Positions 40,101 to 54,795 of a DNA stretch of 64,000 bases are shown piece by piece. The notes under the pieces were generated by a model. It was not told where the DNA came from, ran no database searches, and saw only the letters and a program-made list of their open reading frames with translations. Source of the stretch: Octopus vulgaris. Lineage: Eukaryota. Each line of letters opens with the position of its first letter. Position 1 is the first letter of the stretch. The stretch spans positions 46,438,001 through 46,502,000 of the forward strand of contig OX597825.1 in NCBI GenBank assembly GCA_951406725.2, given 5' to 3'. The translations under genes were made by a program, and so were the position numbers.

Positions 40101-41365
40101 CGAGGGGCGTTCAATAAGTAATGCCCCTGACCCACTTCCCATAGCAGTAGAGCAACGACACTTGGCACAGTTATTAGTCTTTTCCTACATAGGAATTACC
40201 CAGAGTTATGCATTTCTCCCATCGTTTAATACAGCTCTGGAGACCGTTTTTGTAGAAGACCCCAGCTTGGTCCTCCAACCACGACGTGACTTCAGAAATG
40301 AAGGCTGCATCATCTGGCAAACGCTTTCCTTTCAAAATCAACTTCAAGGCTGGGAAGAGGTGAAAATCAGAGGGTGCAAGGGGAGGAGTTCATAGCTGCA
40401 CGCCTGTGCTTCTGATCTGGCGACACGCGAGTTGTGGACCAGAGCGTTGTCCTGCAGGAGGAGGTTGCCTTTGCTGATCTTGCCCCGCCTCTTGATTTTG
40501 ATAGCTTCTCTTAATTTCCTCAAAAGTGAAGCATAATAGGCTCCTGTAATTGTGGTACCCTTTGCCAGGAAATCTGTCATCACTACTCCGTCCTGGTCCC
40601 AGAAGACTGTGAGCATAACCTTGTCAGCGGAGGGCTGCACCCTTGCCTTCTTTGGAGGAGGTGAGTCACGGTGCTTTCACTGCATTGACTGGACTTTGGT
40701 CTATGGATCATAGTGATGGACCCAGGTTTTATCCTGTGTGATCAGTCTTTTGAAAAATTTTGACTCATCTTCTTGGCACATCTCCAAATTCATCCTCGAG
40801 CACTCAATGCGTTCTTGCTTCTGGAAAGGTGTGAGCAACCTGGGAATCCATCTGGCAGACACCTTTTGCATATGCAAATGGTCATGAATGATAGTTTCCA
40901 CAGACCCAGTACTAATCTTGACCTCATGGGCTATTTGGCGAATAGTTATGCGTTGACCTTCCAAAATAGCAGCCTCAACTTGACGGACAGACGTCTCATC
41001 AACGGCAGAAGGGGCGACCAGATCTGGGAGCTGTTTCCACAGAGTTCCGACTATGTTTGAATTCACAATGCCAGCGTTTTACAAGGTCATATGATGGGGC
41101 ATCATCACCATAAGTTACTTTCATTTCATCAAAAGTCTCCCGTGGTGTGCGTCCTTTCAAATACAAAAACCAGATCACTGCTCGACACTCAACAGGCTCC
41201 ATTTCACACTTGACTCAGTTCAAACACCTGTAAATCAGAAAGCACTATTAGTTCAGAGCTGAAATTCGCCACTTAATCTATAGAGGTATAAGTGCACATG
41301 CAAAATTTCAGCTAGATCAAACAACTGCAAGTGGGTCAGGAGCATTACTTATTGAACGCCCCTCG
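40101..41365 (-). mobile_element. Mariner DNA transposon, full length, transposase pseudogenised
   Basis: ~37-bp TIRs CGAGGGGCGTTCAATAAGTAATGC.CCTGACCCACTT with TA duplication; motifs WIPRLL, ITQDKTWVHHYDP, KVMLTVFWD, QDNALVH; frameshifts and stops. Confidence 0.95.
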
Positions 41366-41455
41366 TATCTTAAGGCAATGGCCTCATGGAGCTAATCAGT
41401 GACAGCTTTTAGTCTTATATCTATAAGACTGCCATATTAATATGGCGATAACAGG

Positions 41456-42378
<923 letters not shown>

Positions 42379-42379
42379 A

Positions 42380-43023
42380 TCCTTCGGCCCAGTGCGTCCA
42401 TGCTGTCAACAAAGCACGCGGAATTCTGTTCTTGATTCGACGGTCATTCGGAATGCTCACAGCAGCCATATTCCTACCACTCTATGTCACGCTGGTGAGA
42501 CCCATATTGGGGTACGGGATTCAAGCCTCTTCTCCTTATTTCCTCAAAGACATACAGCATCTCGAAAGAGTCTAGAAGCTGGCTACCTGCATGGTTCATG
42601 GTCTCAAAAATTTGTCTTATGAAGAAAGGCTGAGGACGCTCGACCTTTATTCTCTAGAAAAACGCTGCCGTCGTGGTGATCTCATTCTCGCTCACAACAT
42701 CATAAGCGGAAAGTGTAACCTCTCAAAAGAGCTGTTCCTCACTCCTGCTCCAGAGCGTCGGCTGTGGGGTCATTCCGAAAAGCTCTACCTGCGACGATTT
42801 CATCTCAATCGACTGAGAGGAGCTTTCTCCGTCCGGGTTGCGGATCCGTGGAACAAGCTGCCAGACAAGATGGTGAAGATGCCGACGACCGCTTTGTTCA
42901 AAGTCTCCCTTGACCTCAAGTGGCCTGAACTCTTTACATGAACACCACCCTGTACTTAACTCCATGTCCCCCTACATGGCCTTGCTATTTGCTTTTGAGC
43001 CAAATTAACTAACTAACTAACTA

Positions 43024-43024
<1 letters not shown>
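42380..43024 (+). mobile_element. 5'-truncated CR1 LINE 3' end with (TAAC)n tail
   Basis: [50 protein letters not shown]; tail AACTAACTAACT. Confidence 0.88.
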
Positions 43025-43088
<64 letters not shown>

Positions 43089-43092
<4 letters not shown>

Positions 43093-43518
43093 AAAGAGGA
43101 CAAGTGCTAAGGCAAGACAAACATCTCAAGTCATATATGTTATTACTATTAGAAAAATTTTAAGTCTTACAGCTGTTTCTGGGATACCCCAAAATATGGG
43201 GCATCCTGTCATCGGAAACAAATAGGAAGAATGTGAAGGGTATAGATTAAGGAAACGATGAAATAAAGGACTGGAGAAATAAAGAAAAAAGGAATGAAGA
43301 AAAAAAAGCATAAGAGTTTACAGTCCAACTTTCCGATAGTGTAGATTCTAGTCCATAATTATTTTTTTTTTTGCATATTTGTAATCTCTGACATCTAAAA
43401 CGTAGGAATCCGAAACAATTTTTTCAAAAAGCTGCATTTTTCAAGGATAGGTGTGAAACTGCATTAGCCCCTGGCTTGAGATGTTTGTCTTTCTTAGCAT
43501 TTGTTATCCTCTTTAACA
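43089..43518. mobile_element. Short element with ~42-bp inverted termini and a decayed hammerhead
   Basis: 43089-43130 is an inverted match to 43475-43518; hammerhead-like motif on minus at 43164-43219; next to (TA)n. Confidence 0.55.
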
Positions 43519-43659
43519 AATATATATCCGCCATATCAGAAATCTACAATGGTTCCATAACTCCCATCTTGGTTATGAGCTTGGATCCCTGGTAATCTGT
43601 TACGGCTCTCACCCAGTGTACACAGTCGTTTAAATCACCTGTGAAATAAACCCCCATAT

Positions 43660-43709
<50 letters not shown>

Positions 43710-43715
<6 letters not shown>

Positions 43716-44710
43716 GGAGACCAAAGTGTATGTATGCCACCATATGTATATAAAAAGGAATATAAAAAATGGGACAAGAACACAAAACATCCAGACAGAG
43801 GATACAATCCTCTGTCTGGATATTTTGTTTTCTCTTTTTTGTATCATCTGACTGACTGGATGTTTTGCGTTTTTGTCTCATTTTTTGTATTCCTTTTTAT
43901 ATACATATGGTGGCACACACACATTTTGGTCTCATATATGTAAGTACATATACATATATCTAAATTTTGTACGACTCTCTTATTCTTTCATTCTTTCTTT
44001 CTTTCTATCAGCTGCTTCACACTTTCTTCGTTCTTTCCATTCTTCTTTCTTTCATACCCCCTCTCTCACATTTCCTGGCTTTCTCTTCCTTTTCACCTTC
44101 CCTCCTCTTTCACTTCACTCTGTCCCTTTTCTTTTTCTCTTGTCCCTCCCTAATTCTTCTATCCCACTCCCTCTACCTCTCTCCTCTCTCTCTATGACTG
44201 GTGTTCAGCCAAGCCTGACCTTTCTTTCTTGGTTCAACTACCATCCGTGCAACATCTATATTTCTCCCCATACCTGTCATCTCTTATGTCCCTGCTGTAA
44301 GGCTTCACTCTCACACATGCCAGCTTAATTTAATTCGTCCTTAGTCGAAAGACACCTGTTGTTTATGTCCTGTTATTTGCATTTGTATTTGTGTACCACA
44401 TGTCCGTTTTTTCCACCCTTGCTTTCGTATACATTTGCTACTTTCTTCCAAGGAATCTAGTGCTCTTAGCTTAGTTTTTCCTTGGGGCTGGCCAGATTGG
44501 AGCAATTCCGAGTATCACCAGCCGAAATTGCAAAGATAATCTGGAACTCGACTGAGGAAAGAAAACTCTGAATGACCTGTCCTTGTTTGTTCTTGTCCCT
44601 TTTTTGCATCCTCTGTCTGGATGTTTTATTGTCATTTTTTTATTTCATCTAACTGTCTGGATGCTCTGCATTCTTGTCTCATTTTTTGTATTCCTTTTTA
44701 TATATATGTA
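43710..44710. repeat. Inverted plus direct repeat element (palindrome 43710-43940, further copies at 44585-44705)
   Basis: ATCCTCTGTCTGGAT.TTTT...ATTCCTTTTTATATA occurs inverted at ~43745-43803 and direct at ~43807 and ~44608. Confidence 0.6.
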
Positions 44711-44864
44711 TGTATATATACATATGAAAAATATTTGTAAGGTGAGCCACTGTATTTATTTCTTCAGAAAGATGACAAGCAATTGTTTGATGGTAAGCAC
44801 TTCATAGAAGTGGAATGTGATAGCTACCTGATTAAACTTAGGCCTTCTTTTTGTTATTTCACAG

Positions 44865-46088
44865 AGAAAAAGAATGATTTTGAAGATCCGGATTCATTTT
44901 CTGCTAAATCCAGAAATTTGATAATGAATGCTTATTTTGAAAATCGATGGAAATCTAAATTCCCTTCAGAGAATGAAAATGAAGTTCCAATAATGAGGAC
45001 CACATCAGAAAAATTGTTTACTGTACACAAAATTCCTCCTTTTGAAGAAGGGAGTCAGGGAAATACAATACATAAAAGCAAATTTCCTCAACAGAAACCT
45101 AATGGGAGACCAATATCTACATCTAAAACATTATCTGATTCTACTCCAAATATTTCTTTAATGCCAACACAATCTAAGCAATTACTCTTTACTTTAACTA
45201 CACCATATTTGCAGTCTACATCCATTCCTCATTCCATGAAACAGCCAGTATTTTCTTCTGTGATTACTGATACAACTATTCCCACAACTACCACTACTAC
45301 TTCAATAACTATTCCTCCTCCTACTACTACTACTACCACCACTACTATAACTATTCCTTCACCTCCTACCACTGCTGCTGTTACTACTCCAATTACTACT
45401 ACCATTGCTTCTACTTCTACTTTTTTATCTACTCTCATGGTTTCCCCTCCCAAATCAATAATTTCTACATCTTCTCTATCCCTTGTGACTTCCATATTTA
45501 AGCTTACTCCAATTCAACAATCAAAACCTGTCTTCTCAACTAGCTCACCTGAACAGTTACCTGTTAATTCAATTCTTACTCCAGTTTCCGACAGTTCTGC
45601 AACTATAACTACACCATCTATTTCTGGTGACACTGAAAGAAACAGGAACAATTCTTACCAAAAGAGAATTGACATGGATCATATTTCATCTCAAAGTTTA
45701 AACCTAACAGCAATTTTAAATATATCCCAAATCTCTGGTAAAAAATTCAATGAAAGTTTTGATTTTATAGAGGGAAAATCAACATTCCCTTCTGTTCCAA
45801 AGTCAGTTTTCACAACTGAATCTAATCTTAATTATTCAAATTTCTTTCTTGGTGAGGAATCTTCAACTTCAAACATTGCTAAATCTACTCTTGCTGATTT
45901 GAATAACACAGCTGATCAACAACAAAATAATTCTTTGAATTTCATGAACTCTTATTTAAATATTTCTGAAACAACTAATAATCTTCAATACCTCACAAAC
46001 CCCAGTGAAATGACATCAACATCACTAATCCAAACCACAAATGCTCCATTGAATAATGAATGTGTGGAAGATGAGTGCCTGATAGTTG
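44865..46088 (+). CDS. Host gene exon (1224 bp): Ser/Thr/Pro-rich mucin-like stalk and the first two Cys of the M13 domain
   Basis: Acceptor ttatttcacAG at 44863-44864, donor GTAAGA at 46089; open for 408 codons; poly-Thr tracts, many N-X-S/T sequons; ends NNECVEDECLIV; phase 1 at both ends. Confidence 0.85.
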
Positions 46089-46533
46089 GTAAGATATACG
46101 TATTTTCTACAGAAATTGTTGAAATTAACAGAAATCAAAATTAAACTTTTTCTATTATTAAGGCTGTTAGCATTCATCATTTTAATTAACCATCTTTCCT
46201 TAACTTAATGTTTTAATATTTTAAAAATCTTATATAACAGTGTAATGATTGAATGATTATGGAATTTTATGCTAGTAAATGATTTAATTTAGTTATTAGC
46301 AATATTATGAAATATATACTGCTATCAATATTACAAAATAAGTACTGTCAATTTATTTCACAACTGAACTCTCTAATTAATCAAGAACATTTGAATTTTT
46401 AAAATATTTTTGTAACAAAAAAGCATGTAACTTTCTAAATATTATTGAAAAATCATAAAAGCCTTATTTTTAATTAATTAATGCTGGCATATCAATAATG
46501 GGATTCAGGCCATGATTTTATTGTAAAGCATAC

Positions 46534-49500
46534 TGTGGGGCTGTTATAGGGGTCAGTGACATCATGTGAATGGCCGAGGGGTCTTGCCAGAAGGAGTGAG
46601 TGAGGGAAGTCGCATGAGTGGAAGCATGACTAGTATGGGCCTCTTTTGTCTTGGGGGTGTCATTCTTGACAGATGTGTGTTGTGTGAGTTGAAGGAATTT
46701 TCCATTAGATTCTGGCCAGACGTTAGATGGGGAGGCTCCTACAGATATATTCCAGCTGGAAAGGATCTATGCTGTGAGAGAATTTGTGAAGTAGGTGAAC
46801 TGTGCTTTTTTCCTCATATCCTAAGCTAATTCAGCCTTCATGTATTTTTTTCTACAATATGTCAACAAAAATAAAGATCAGTAGAAATATCACCAGACCC
46901 TTCTGTGACAAGAAAGATATTATTGCCTGGATTCAGAAGATCAAGGTGGTGTTCAGGCTGCAAGACATTGAGAATGTGGCAGGTCTCGTGACTCTGTATT
47001 TGTAGGGAAATTCATAAGAGCTGTACCTTGGAACTGATGAAGTGGACCAACTGAATGTGGAAAAAATTGAATGGTACTCAAAGAAACTGTTCCTAGAAGG
47101 TTCATATTCAGCATTTACTAAACTAGGAAAGGCGAGGTGTGTGGGAGAGCACGTGGACATAAATGTGATGGAAATTTGAAGGTTGGCAACACTCTCTGGA
47201 TCTATGGGGGAAGGCTTAGAAAAAGCAGTGCTGCTAGTGTTCATGAATGGTTTCCTCAACAAGATTGGTGTAGCTGCAACAGCTGCATTGCAGCAAGATG
47301 TCTATGAGCAAACTCATCATTCAAGCCTGTGTGTTGATGTGAAACGTTGGGAAGAATGCAATAGTGGTGACAGTTATGGAAGCCTACAGTATCAGGCAGT
47401 GATTGCTGAGTAATAGAGACGAGCTTCTGTGGAGTGGCTGCAACTGTTTAAAGACCAGTGTTCCAGTTGTCAGGGTTCACACATGGTGAGGGACTGCAAG
47501 GAGTTGAAGTTTCAACCAATTTGCTACCAGTGCAAGCAGGCAGGATATACTTCCAGCGGAAACTACTGCTTTGCTAGTTTCCCCAAGAAGAAAGTAGAGG
47601 CACTTGTACAGTCATTGCCTATAGTGGATATCCTAGCTGGTAGGAAGGTGTTAAAAGCCCTCATGAACATGGGCTGTATCCAAAGGTAGCTAAAAAGTGA
47701 CCCAAAAGATTGCTAAAAAGTGAAAATGGATGAGTTGTGTAAGGGCAGTTGATGGCAGCAAAATTAGACGTAGAGGAAGCAGTGGGGTGGAGATAGTGGT
47801 TCAAGGAACAAAAATAAGGTTGTGAGCAATGTAGTGGATGGAGTTGATGTAGTGACAGGCATAGATATGATCAATTGCCTTGGAGGTGTCACAGTTAGTG
47901 AAGATAGTGTTATATTTGGTGGTGTTGGGGCAGCATGCACTGTGAGTTTGCAACAAGAGAGTAAGAGCCCCACAGAGAACTGTGTTGCTTACACCATTGA
48001 GTCAAGGATTTTAAAGCTGTGTTCAACAATCAGTAGTAGATGATTGAGTGGTACTGGAAAGGAGAAACCCTGATATTGAGAAATAGGTTAAGCTGCTATG
48101 AGCATGCCCTGAAAAGAGATGCCAGGTGCAAGTTCAAAGGAGAGTTGGAGAGATGGATCAAGGAAGGTATTTTAATCCCTTGGAAGGAGGAAGTAAAGAG
48201 TAAAGTGCTGTTACTAATGGCAGTGGTGCAGCTAACGAAAGGTAAGGATAAGCTGGCACTGAACTTTCGAGAAGATAGACAAGGTGCAAAAGGCCACCAA
48301 TTCCTATATTGACAATATCTAAGTAAATGAGACCATGGTGTTGTCAGTAGAGGTCAAAAGTTTACCTAAAGAAATTCACACTAACTGTGAAACTACCAGA
48401 GGTGATAATAGGAGTAACTGCACTAGGGCTCAAGTTACAAAGAGACAAGGCAGGTATATTGGTATTTCAGAGAGGAAATGAGATTCTAAAACTAGGCAGC
48501 AACATGAACAGATGAGAACTGTTCTCGATGTGTGGGAAACTGGTGGGTCATTATACAATTGCATGGTGGCTCCAAACAGTGTGTAGCTACACCAAGAGAT
48601 GAGCAGACAGAGCAAGCTGGGAGAATAAAGTGGGAGAGAGGACAGTGGCTATGATGAGGGAGATCCTAGAGAGGGTAAGAGCAGAATACACAGTAAGAGG
48701 TAGCTAGTATGTACCCACATTAGAGAATGGGACCATATGGTGCAATGTTAGCAGCAAAGCAATAGGGATCATTCTGGAAATAGCAGGTATTGAGATGGAG
48801 GACATGGCCTGGTTCAGAAAAATGGATGATTGCAACCACATTAACACAGCTGAATTGGACGTAGTGCTGAAGGGACTAAATCTGGCCTTGAGATGAGGGC
48901 TGCATACTATCAAAATTTGGACTGATTCGCCACTGTGCTTGGATGGGTGGAATCAGTGATCACCAATGAGAGGAGGGTATGAATGAAAGGAGTGGTGGAA
49001 ATGTTAATAAAGCACTGGCTAGCAATTTAAGGAGAACTAGTTGCTGAATTTGGTTTGAAATTGAGCACGGTCTTTGTGACCTTGGAAAGGAATATGGTGG
49101 ACATCCTAGCCAGGGTGAAGAAAGTTTGATTGACAGTGCCAGAGAATCCAGAGAAGATAGCTGCAGTGTGTTGGCTAAGCAACTCAGAGCTAAGAAAACT
49201 GTATACCGTGTATCACATGGAAGTCAATAGGACCCTTTACCTAGCCAGGAAAGTGACTCCAATGTTACTATTCAGAGCATTCAAAAAAAGGTTAAGAGTT
49301 GTGACAGGTGTCAATCCATCAATCCTACTCTGGGTGTGCAAGAATCAGGAAATATCTCAGTGAAACACAACTAGAAATGATTGGCAGTGGATGTGATAGA
49401 CTACCAACATGGGACACATTTCTCGATGGTTGACTGCAGACCAGGGTGATATAAAAAGAAACCAAGATGGGAACAGCAGATGAAGTTGTATGAATCCATA

Positions 49501-50426
49501 ACAAGATATTCCTGGAGAGAGGCCCAGTGGATGAATTGTCAATGGACAATGATACTGCATTTTACTCAGGGGAGCTGAAGGAAATGCTTGATAAGTGAAA
49601 CGTGAACTGCATCTTCAGAGCAGCATATAGCCCAGTGGGATCACAGAGAGACACATTGCATGATGAAGGCCATGGCAGAGAGGAGACATATCTCACCATT
49701 TGAGGTAGTATTTTGGTATAATATGTTGCCCCAATCAGGATAGGCTGAGAAGTTAGTGTCACACAGAATGATATTTAGATATGAATGGTGACAGCCATGT
49801 ATAGTATCACAGTGGCCTGTGGAAGAATGAGACTATCTTTGTGCAGGTAGGAGATGAAGTCTAGGTTCAGCTTTCCCCCTCCACCAAATGTCTGCTGCAC
49901 ATCCCAATGGAGGAAAAGGAATAGTAATGGCTGTTAATTCCCGAAATAATGTGTCTGTAGATTGAATATTGTCGTGTCTTGGCTGTCTGCAGGATTGTTG
50001 ATTAATTGGATGGAGAAGGAAGAGGAGAGGATGTGAGCAACTCTCCTTTCTTGTGGAAATCACAGTAGGTAAGGTGTCTACCCAGATAGATGGCAGATTT
50101 GATATGGAGTGAGATGATGGGGGTCATCTCTCAGATCAGGGAACATGTGAGGCTATAGAGTCAGTAACATCATATGAATGACTGAGGGTCTTGTCAGAAG
50201 GAGAGGCCCTTGTCATGTGAGAGGAAGTATGACTAGCGTGGGCCTCTGCCTTAGAACTGTGATTCATAACAGACGTGTGTGGTCATGTGAGTTGAGGGAA
50301 TATGCCATTAGGTTCTGGCAAGAGGTAAGGTGGGTAGGGCTCCTATGGATATATCCCAGCTGGAAAGGATTGACTCTAAAAGAGGACATATAAGGTAGGT
50401 GAGTCACCTTTTTCCACCATACCACA
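46534..50426 (+). mobile_element. Degenerate Gypsy LTR retrotransposon with both LTRs
   Basis: Diverged direct repeats ~46534-46825 and ~50146-50426; gag MSTKIKISRNITRPF, CCHC knuckle remnants, RT start, RNase H HINTAELD, integrase remnants; homologous to 1-2564; part of RT deleted near 48270. Confidence 0.85.
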
Positions 50427-50623
50427 TATCCATAATCATATGATAGAGCACAAATATATTTGTAGTATTTGGTAAGGAAAGGTATGTCTAAATAATTAAC
50501 TGATTATGTATTAAATTATCCAGTAAATGAAGTAACAGATTTCTCATAACCAGAAACTATACAAAATATTTTTTTACAAAATTTGATAAAATTTTTAGTC
50601 ATTTCTTTTTTTTTTATTCAAAG

Positions 50624-50782
50624 CTAAATCTTTCAAACTATCAATTGATGAAAATACTGCCGCCTGTGATGACTTTTACCAATATATTTGTGGAAACTGG
50701 GAACAAACAACCATTTCTCCTCCTATCCCTCTTGGAATTTCTGGTGTAGTTCTTACAGATCGAATTAAAAATGATATCAAAG
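50624..50782 (+). CDS. Host gene exon: Peptidase M13 N-terminal motif (not in the ORF track)
   Basis: Long polypyrimidine tract plus AG at 50622-50623, donor AG|GTACCT at 50783; spliced peptide ECVEDECLIVAKSFKLSIDENTAACDDFYQYICGNWEQ matches the neprilysin C..xC...D....PCxDFYxYACGxW signature. Confidence 0.88.
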
Positions 50783-51494
50783 GTACCTATGTTTTCTATT
50801 TCATTTACAAATTTTATGAATTTCATAGATAAATTCACAGACTTGTACTGGAAAAAATGCTTAAGAGAAGAATTTTGAATCAATTAAGAACATACAGCAA
50901 TGATGACAATACCAGGTATTAAATAAGCAAGAAATTCTGCACTATGTGCCCAATTGAAAATATAACTATATTCCATGCTGGCATGAGTTAGACAGGTAAT
51001 TCTTGCTCTTCTAGGTGATTCTGAGAACAGAATTTTGTTCATAAATTTATTTTTTGGTTTGGTTTCTACAGCTGGAGGCCCATTCTAATACCACCCATTT
51101 TACAGTGTGTATTAGGAGCGTTGTTTTTATGGCACCAGCATTAGACAGGTTGTCACAACTTAACAAGACTACAGTGTCTTCTGGGTACCTTTTATCATAG
51201 CATCAGCACTAGAGAGGATGGGAGCTAGAGAATGATGAACAACATGAGATGGATAAATGGGAAGATGAATGATGGACTGTGATACCAAATGGCCATGAGG
51301 TATTTATGATAAAGTTAAGAGTAATAAAGACAGTGACAGTGGTATTGCTGATAGACAGATGAGTGATAAAAAGGTTGTGCCATTACAGGGGCCAGCAGCA
51401 GAAAGGCAAATGATAGAATGATAAGTGTGCTAGAGAGATGAGAAGCTATTAAGGAGGCCAAAAATGTAGTCGTAACAGAATGTGTGTGTGTATA

Positions 51495-54400
51495 TAATAA
51501 TAATAATAATAATAACCCTAATAAACTAGCTAACATATGGAGTTATATTCTCAAAACAAAAAAAAAAATCAGAAATAGAAATAGAACTCTTAAAAGGAAA
51601 AATACATCAGGAAAATGTAGATAGTAAACACACAGCAATGCCAAATAATATCATAAGCACTGGGACTGTAAAACATGAAGATAGACGTAACATGCCAAAC
51701 ACAAACAAGGTAAACAATGAAAGACAACAAACCCAGAGAACACCACCAACAAAAATATAAACGGGAGGGAATACAAAACAAATCTGGAAACAGTGAAGGG
51801 GAAACTAATGGTTATGATACTCTAAAAATGAGAATAATCAAAGAACTGAAAGAATATGATCTCAGTATAGACCACTGATTGTACCTCCCAAACATTAAAT
51901 TAATAATAAAACCACATCAATAATAAATAGCATGAACCTTGCTGTCACAGAACTTATAGCCACAGGAACAAATGTCAATATGACCAGGCTAAATGATATA
52001 ATATATGCAGCAGCCACTGTGGCCACAAAAGAAGCTGGATACTCCCTCAAACCCATGCAAACAGGAGTACTAGCACCCAACCAGATCCTATGGATAAATA
52101 ATATACAGAAAAAATCGAAAACAAGAGAAAAGTTTTGTCGATCCTTAATATAACACTACTAAGCCACAAGAAATGAAGAAAGATGTTACATAAATACAAA
52201 ATTACAGAACAAGGTATACCTGAGGTAAAAAACAGCTAAAGCAAGATATCCTTGCCAAAGCACAAAGATTCTGCTGGTGTGAGAAACACTAATGTTTCTT
52301 TGAACAAGACAAACAGTTCAACTCCAACCCCCAAAGATTCTATCTAGAACTTGGAAAAAATAAAATAGTGATCAATGCAGCACCAGAAGTGGAAGAATTT
52401 TGGAAAGAAATATGGTTGGCGAAGGAATAACCTCAGAAAAGGTCTAACAAAATAACAAACTTGGCACCTGAACAACTCTAGGCCCCTATAACAACTGAAG
52501 AGGTCACCCAAGCACTACAAAAACTAAGCAGCTGGAAGGTACCCAGGCACGATAAGATCCTTAACTTCTGCTTGACAAGAAACATAAAAATCTGGCTGAG
52601 AAATTTAAATGAAATACTAGCAGAGCCAGAGATGATGCCTGAATGGCTCACAGAAAGGAAAACTATCCTAATTCCCAGATCCACTGAAACAGCAAATCCA
52701 CAAAATTACAGAATAATAACTTGTCTCCCTACAATTTACAAAGCCTTTACTGCAATACTATTGCAGAGAATGAGCAAGCATGTAGAAGAGAAGAACCAGT
52801 TTCCTCAAGAACAGAAGAGATGCTGCAAGGGTTCATACGGCTGTAAAGATCAGCTACTGATCAATAAAGCCATAATTGAAGACAGCTGCAGAAAGAAGAA
52901 GGGTCTAAGTATGGTGTGGATCGATTACCGAAAGGATTTTGATAGTATTCTCCACACATGGATCCTAGAAACACTAGCCATGAACAAGGTGACACCAATA
53001 ATCATAAAATATACAACACATTACATGAATAGATGGTAGACAGTACCCTCTTTTGTCTGGAGCTGTAGCTCCAGACAAAAGAGGGCCTCATTAAAACCAA
53101 ACCCATCCCCATTAGAAGAGGAATATTCCAGGGACACACACTCTCTCCACTCTTTTTCTGCTTGGCACTGACACCTTTATCTGATATGCTAAACAGAACT
53201 GGATGTGGATACAACTGTTATGGCAAAACAATGAGCCACTTCTTACATATGGATGATTTAAAACTGTATGCTGCAAATGATAAACAGCTGGAAACATTTC
53301 TACAGACAAAACATGGATTTACCAAAGAAATAAACATGAAAAATGTGCCCAAGCAACCTTAAAAAGAAGAAAACTAGTTTAAAGTAGCAACATCACACAA
53401 GATAAGGCAAATAGAAAAAGAGAATTAGATGAAAGCCAGACATACACAATACAACACACACAAATGAAAGAGAAAATAAAAATAAGAATACTATAGATGA
53501 GTTAGACTAATACTGAAAACAGAGCTCAGTGCAAAATCAAGATAATAGGTATCAACACTCTAGCTGTCCCAGTTATAAGTTACAGCTGCAATATCAACTG
53601 GACTCTAAATGAACTAATGAAAATAGACAGGAAAACGAGATCTGAAATAGAAAGGTTATATATACAATGTATCAAAGGTGGTAGAGGCCTTATACAACTA
53701 GAAAACTTACAAAATAACCACCATAGGACTACAAAAATACCTATGCCAGAAGCAAGTAGAACAAATAGAAATAGCCACAAAGCACGAACAAAAATAAAAC
53801 TGTTTTCAGTCTTTAAGGAAGTTGTTAGTCAAAGTTAGTCAAAGTACCTAACAACTATGAAGAAAAACAAAGGATGTTGATAAAACAATGGCAAGAAAAG
53901 CCCCTACATGGCAAATACTGGGTTAAACTAAATGCAAAAGAAATAGTCAAAGCAAAATCTCAACAATGGCTGAGAAGTTCAGGACTCAAAGCAGAGACTG
54001 AAGGATTTTTAATTGCAAGCACAAGACCAAAGCCTCCCCACAAGAAATTACCAAAAACATATAATGAAAAGAAACATAACAATTAACTGCAGAATATGGG
54101 GAGATGGACAAGAAACAATAAACCATATTGTCTCTGGCTGCCCAGTCCTGGCTAAGAAGGAATATATTCACAGACATGACAGAGTTGGTATCTATATACA
54201 CTGGAAACTATGCCAACACTATGGAATAACAACAGAAAAAAGATGGTATAGGCACACACCAGAAAAGGTCAAAGAGAATGAGAAAACAACCATACTATGG
54301 GATATGCCAATATGCACAGATAGAGAAATTAAAGCCAATAGGCCAGATAAAGTTATCAGAGATCAAGAAAAAAAAATGCTTTCTAATTGATATATCACTA

Positions 54401-54749
54401 CCAATAGATGACAACGTTTCTCTAAAAGAAACGGAGACACTTTCAAAGTGCAAAAACCTGGCAATAGAGGTAACTCAAATGTGGAGTCTAAAAACAGAAA
54501 CAATTCCTAACATAGTAGGCACATTAGGTATGATAAAAAAATCTTCAGATAAATACATAACAAAAACACCAGGACTAATAAGTATATATAACATACAGTA
54601 AATAGCACTACTAGGCACCACACACATCCTATGTAAAACACTTTTAATATAGAAGCAATAAGAGCTTCACTACAAACCACAGCACATACCCAAAGCACAC
54701 AGAGCTGTGCTCAGTAGTGCAGTGAAAGCACATGATAAAAATAAGACTA

Positions 54750-54792
<43 letters not shown>
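51495..54792 (+). mobile_element. Degenerate, near-full-length Dong/R4-type retrotransposon (family A) between (TAA)n tracts
   Basis: NYRIITCLPTIYK, GCKDQLLI, WIDYRKDFDS, RGIFQG, HMDDLKLYA, zinc finger CRIW..ETINHIVSGC, RHDRV, RPD, (TAA)n at both ends. Confidence 0.9.

Positions 54793-54795
<3 letters not shown>

Noticed and set aside
44292-44360. Hammerhead-like CTGCTGTAAGGCT...AGTCGAAAGACACCTGT
   Set aside because: Several core mismatches and no clear stems I and III; cannot be supported from this copy alone
44783-44864. ORF-track start of the 453-aa ORF and its tail 46089-46144
   Set aside because: These lie outside good splice sites; the true exon is 44865-46088
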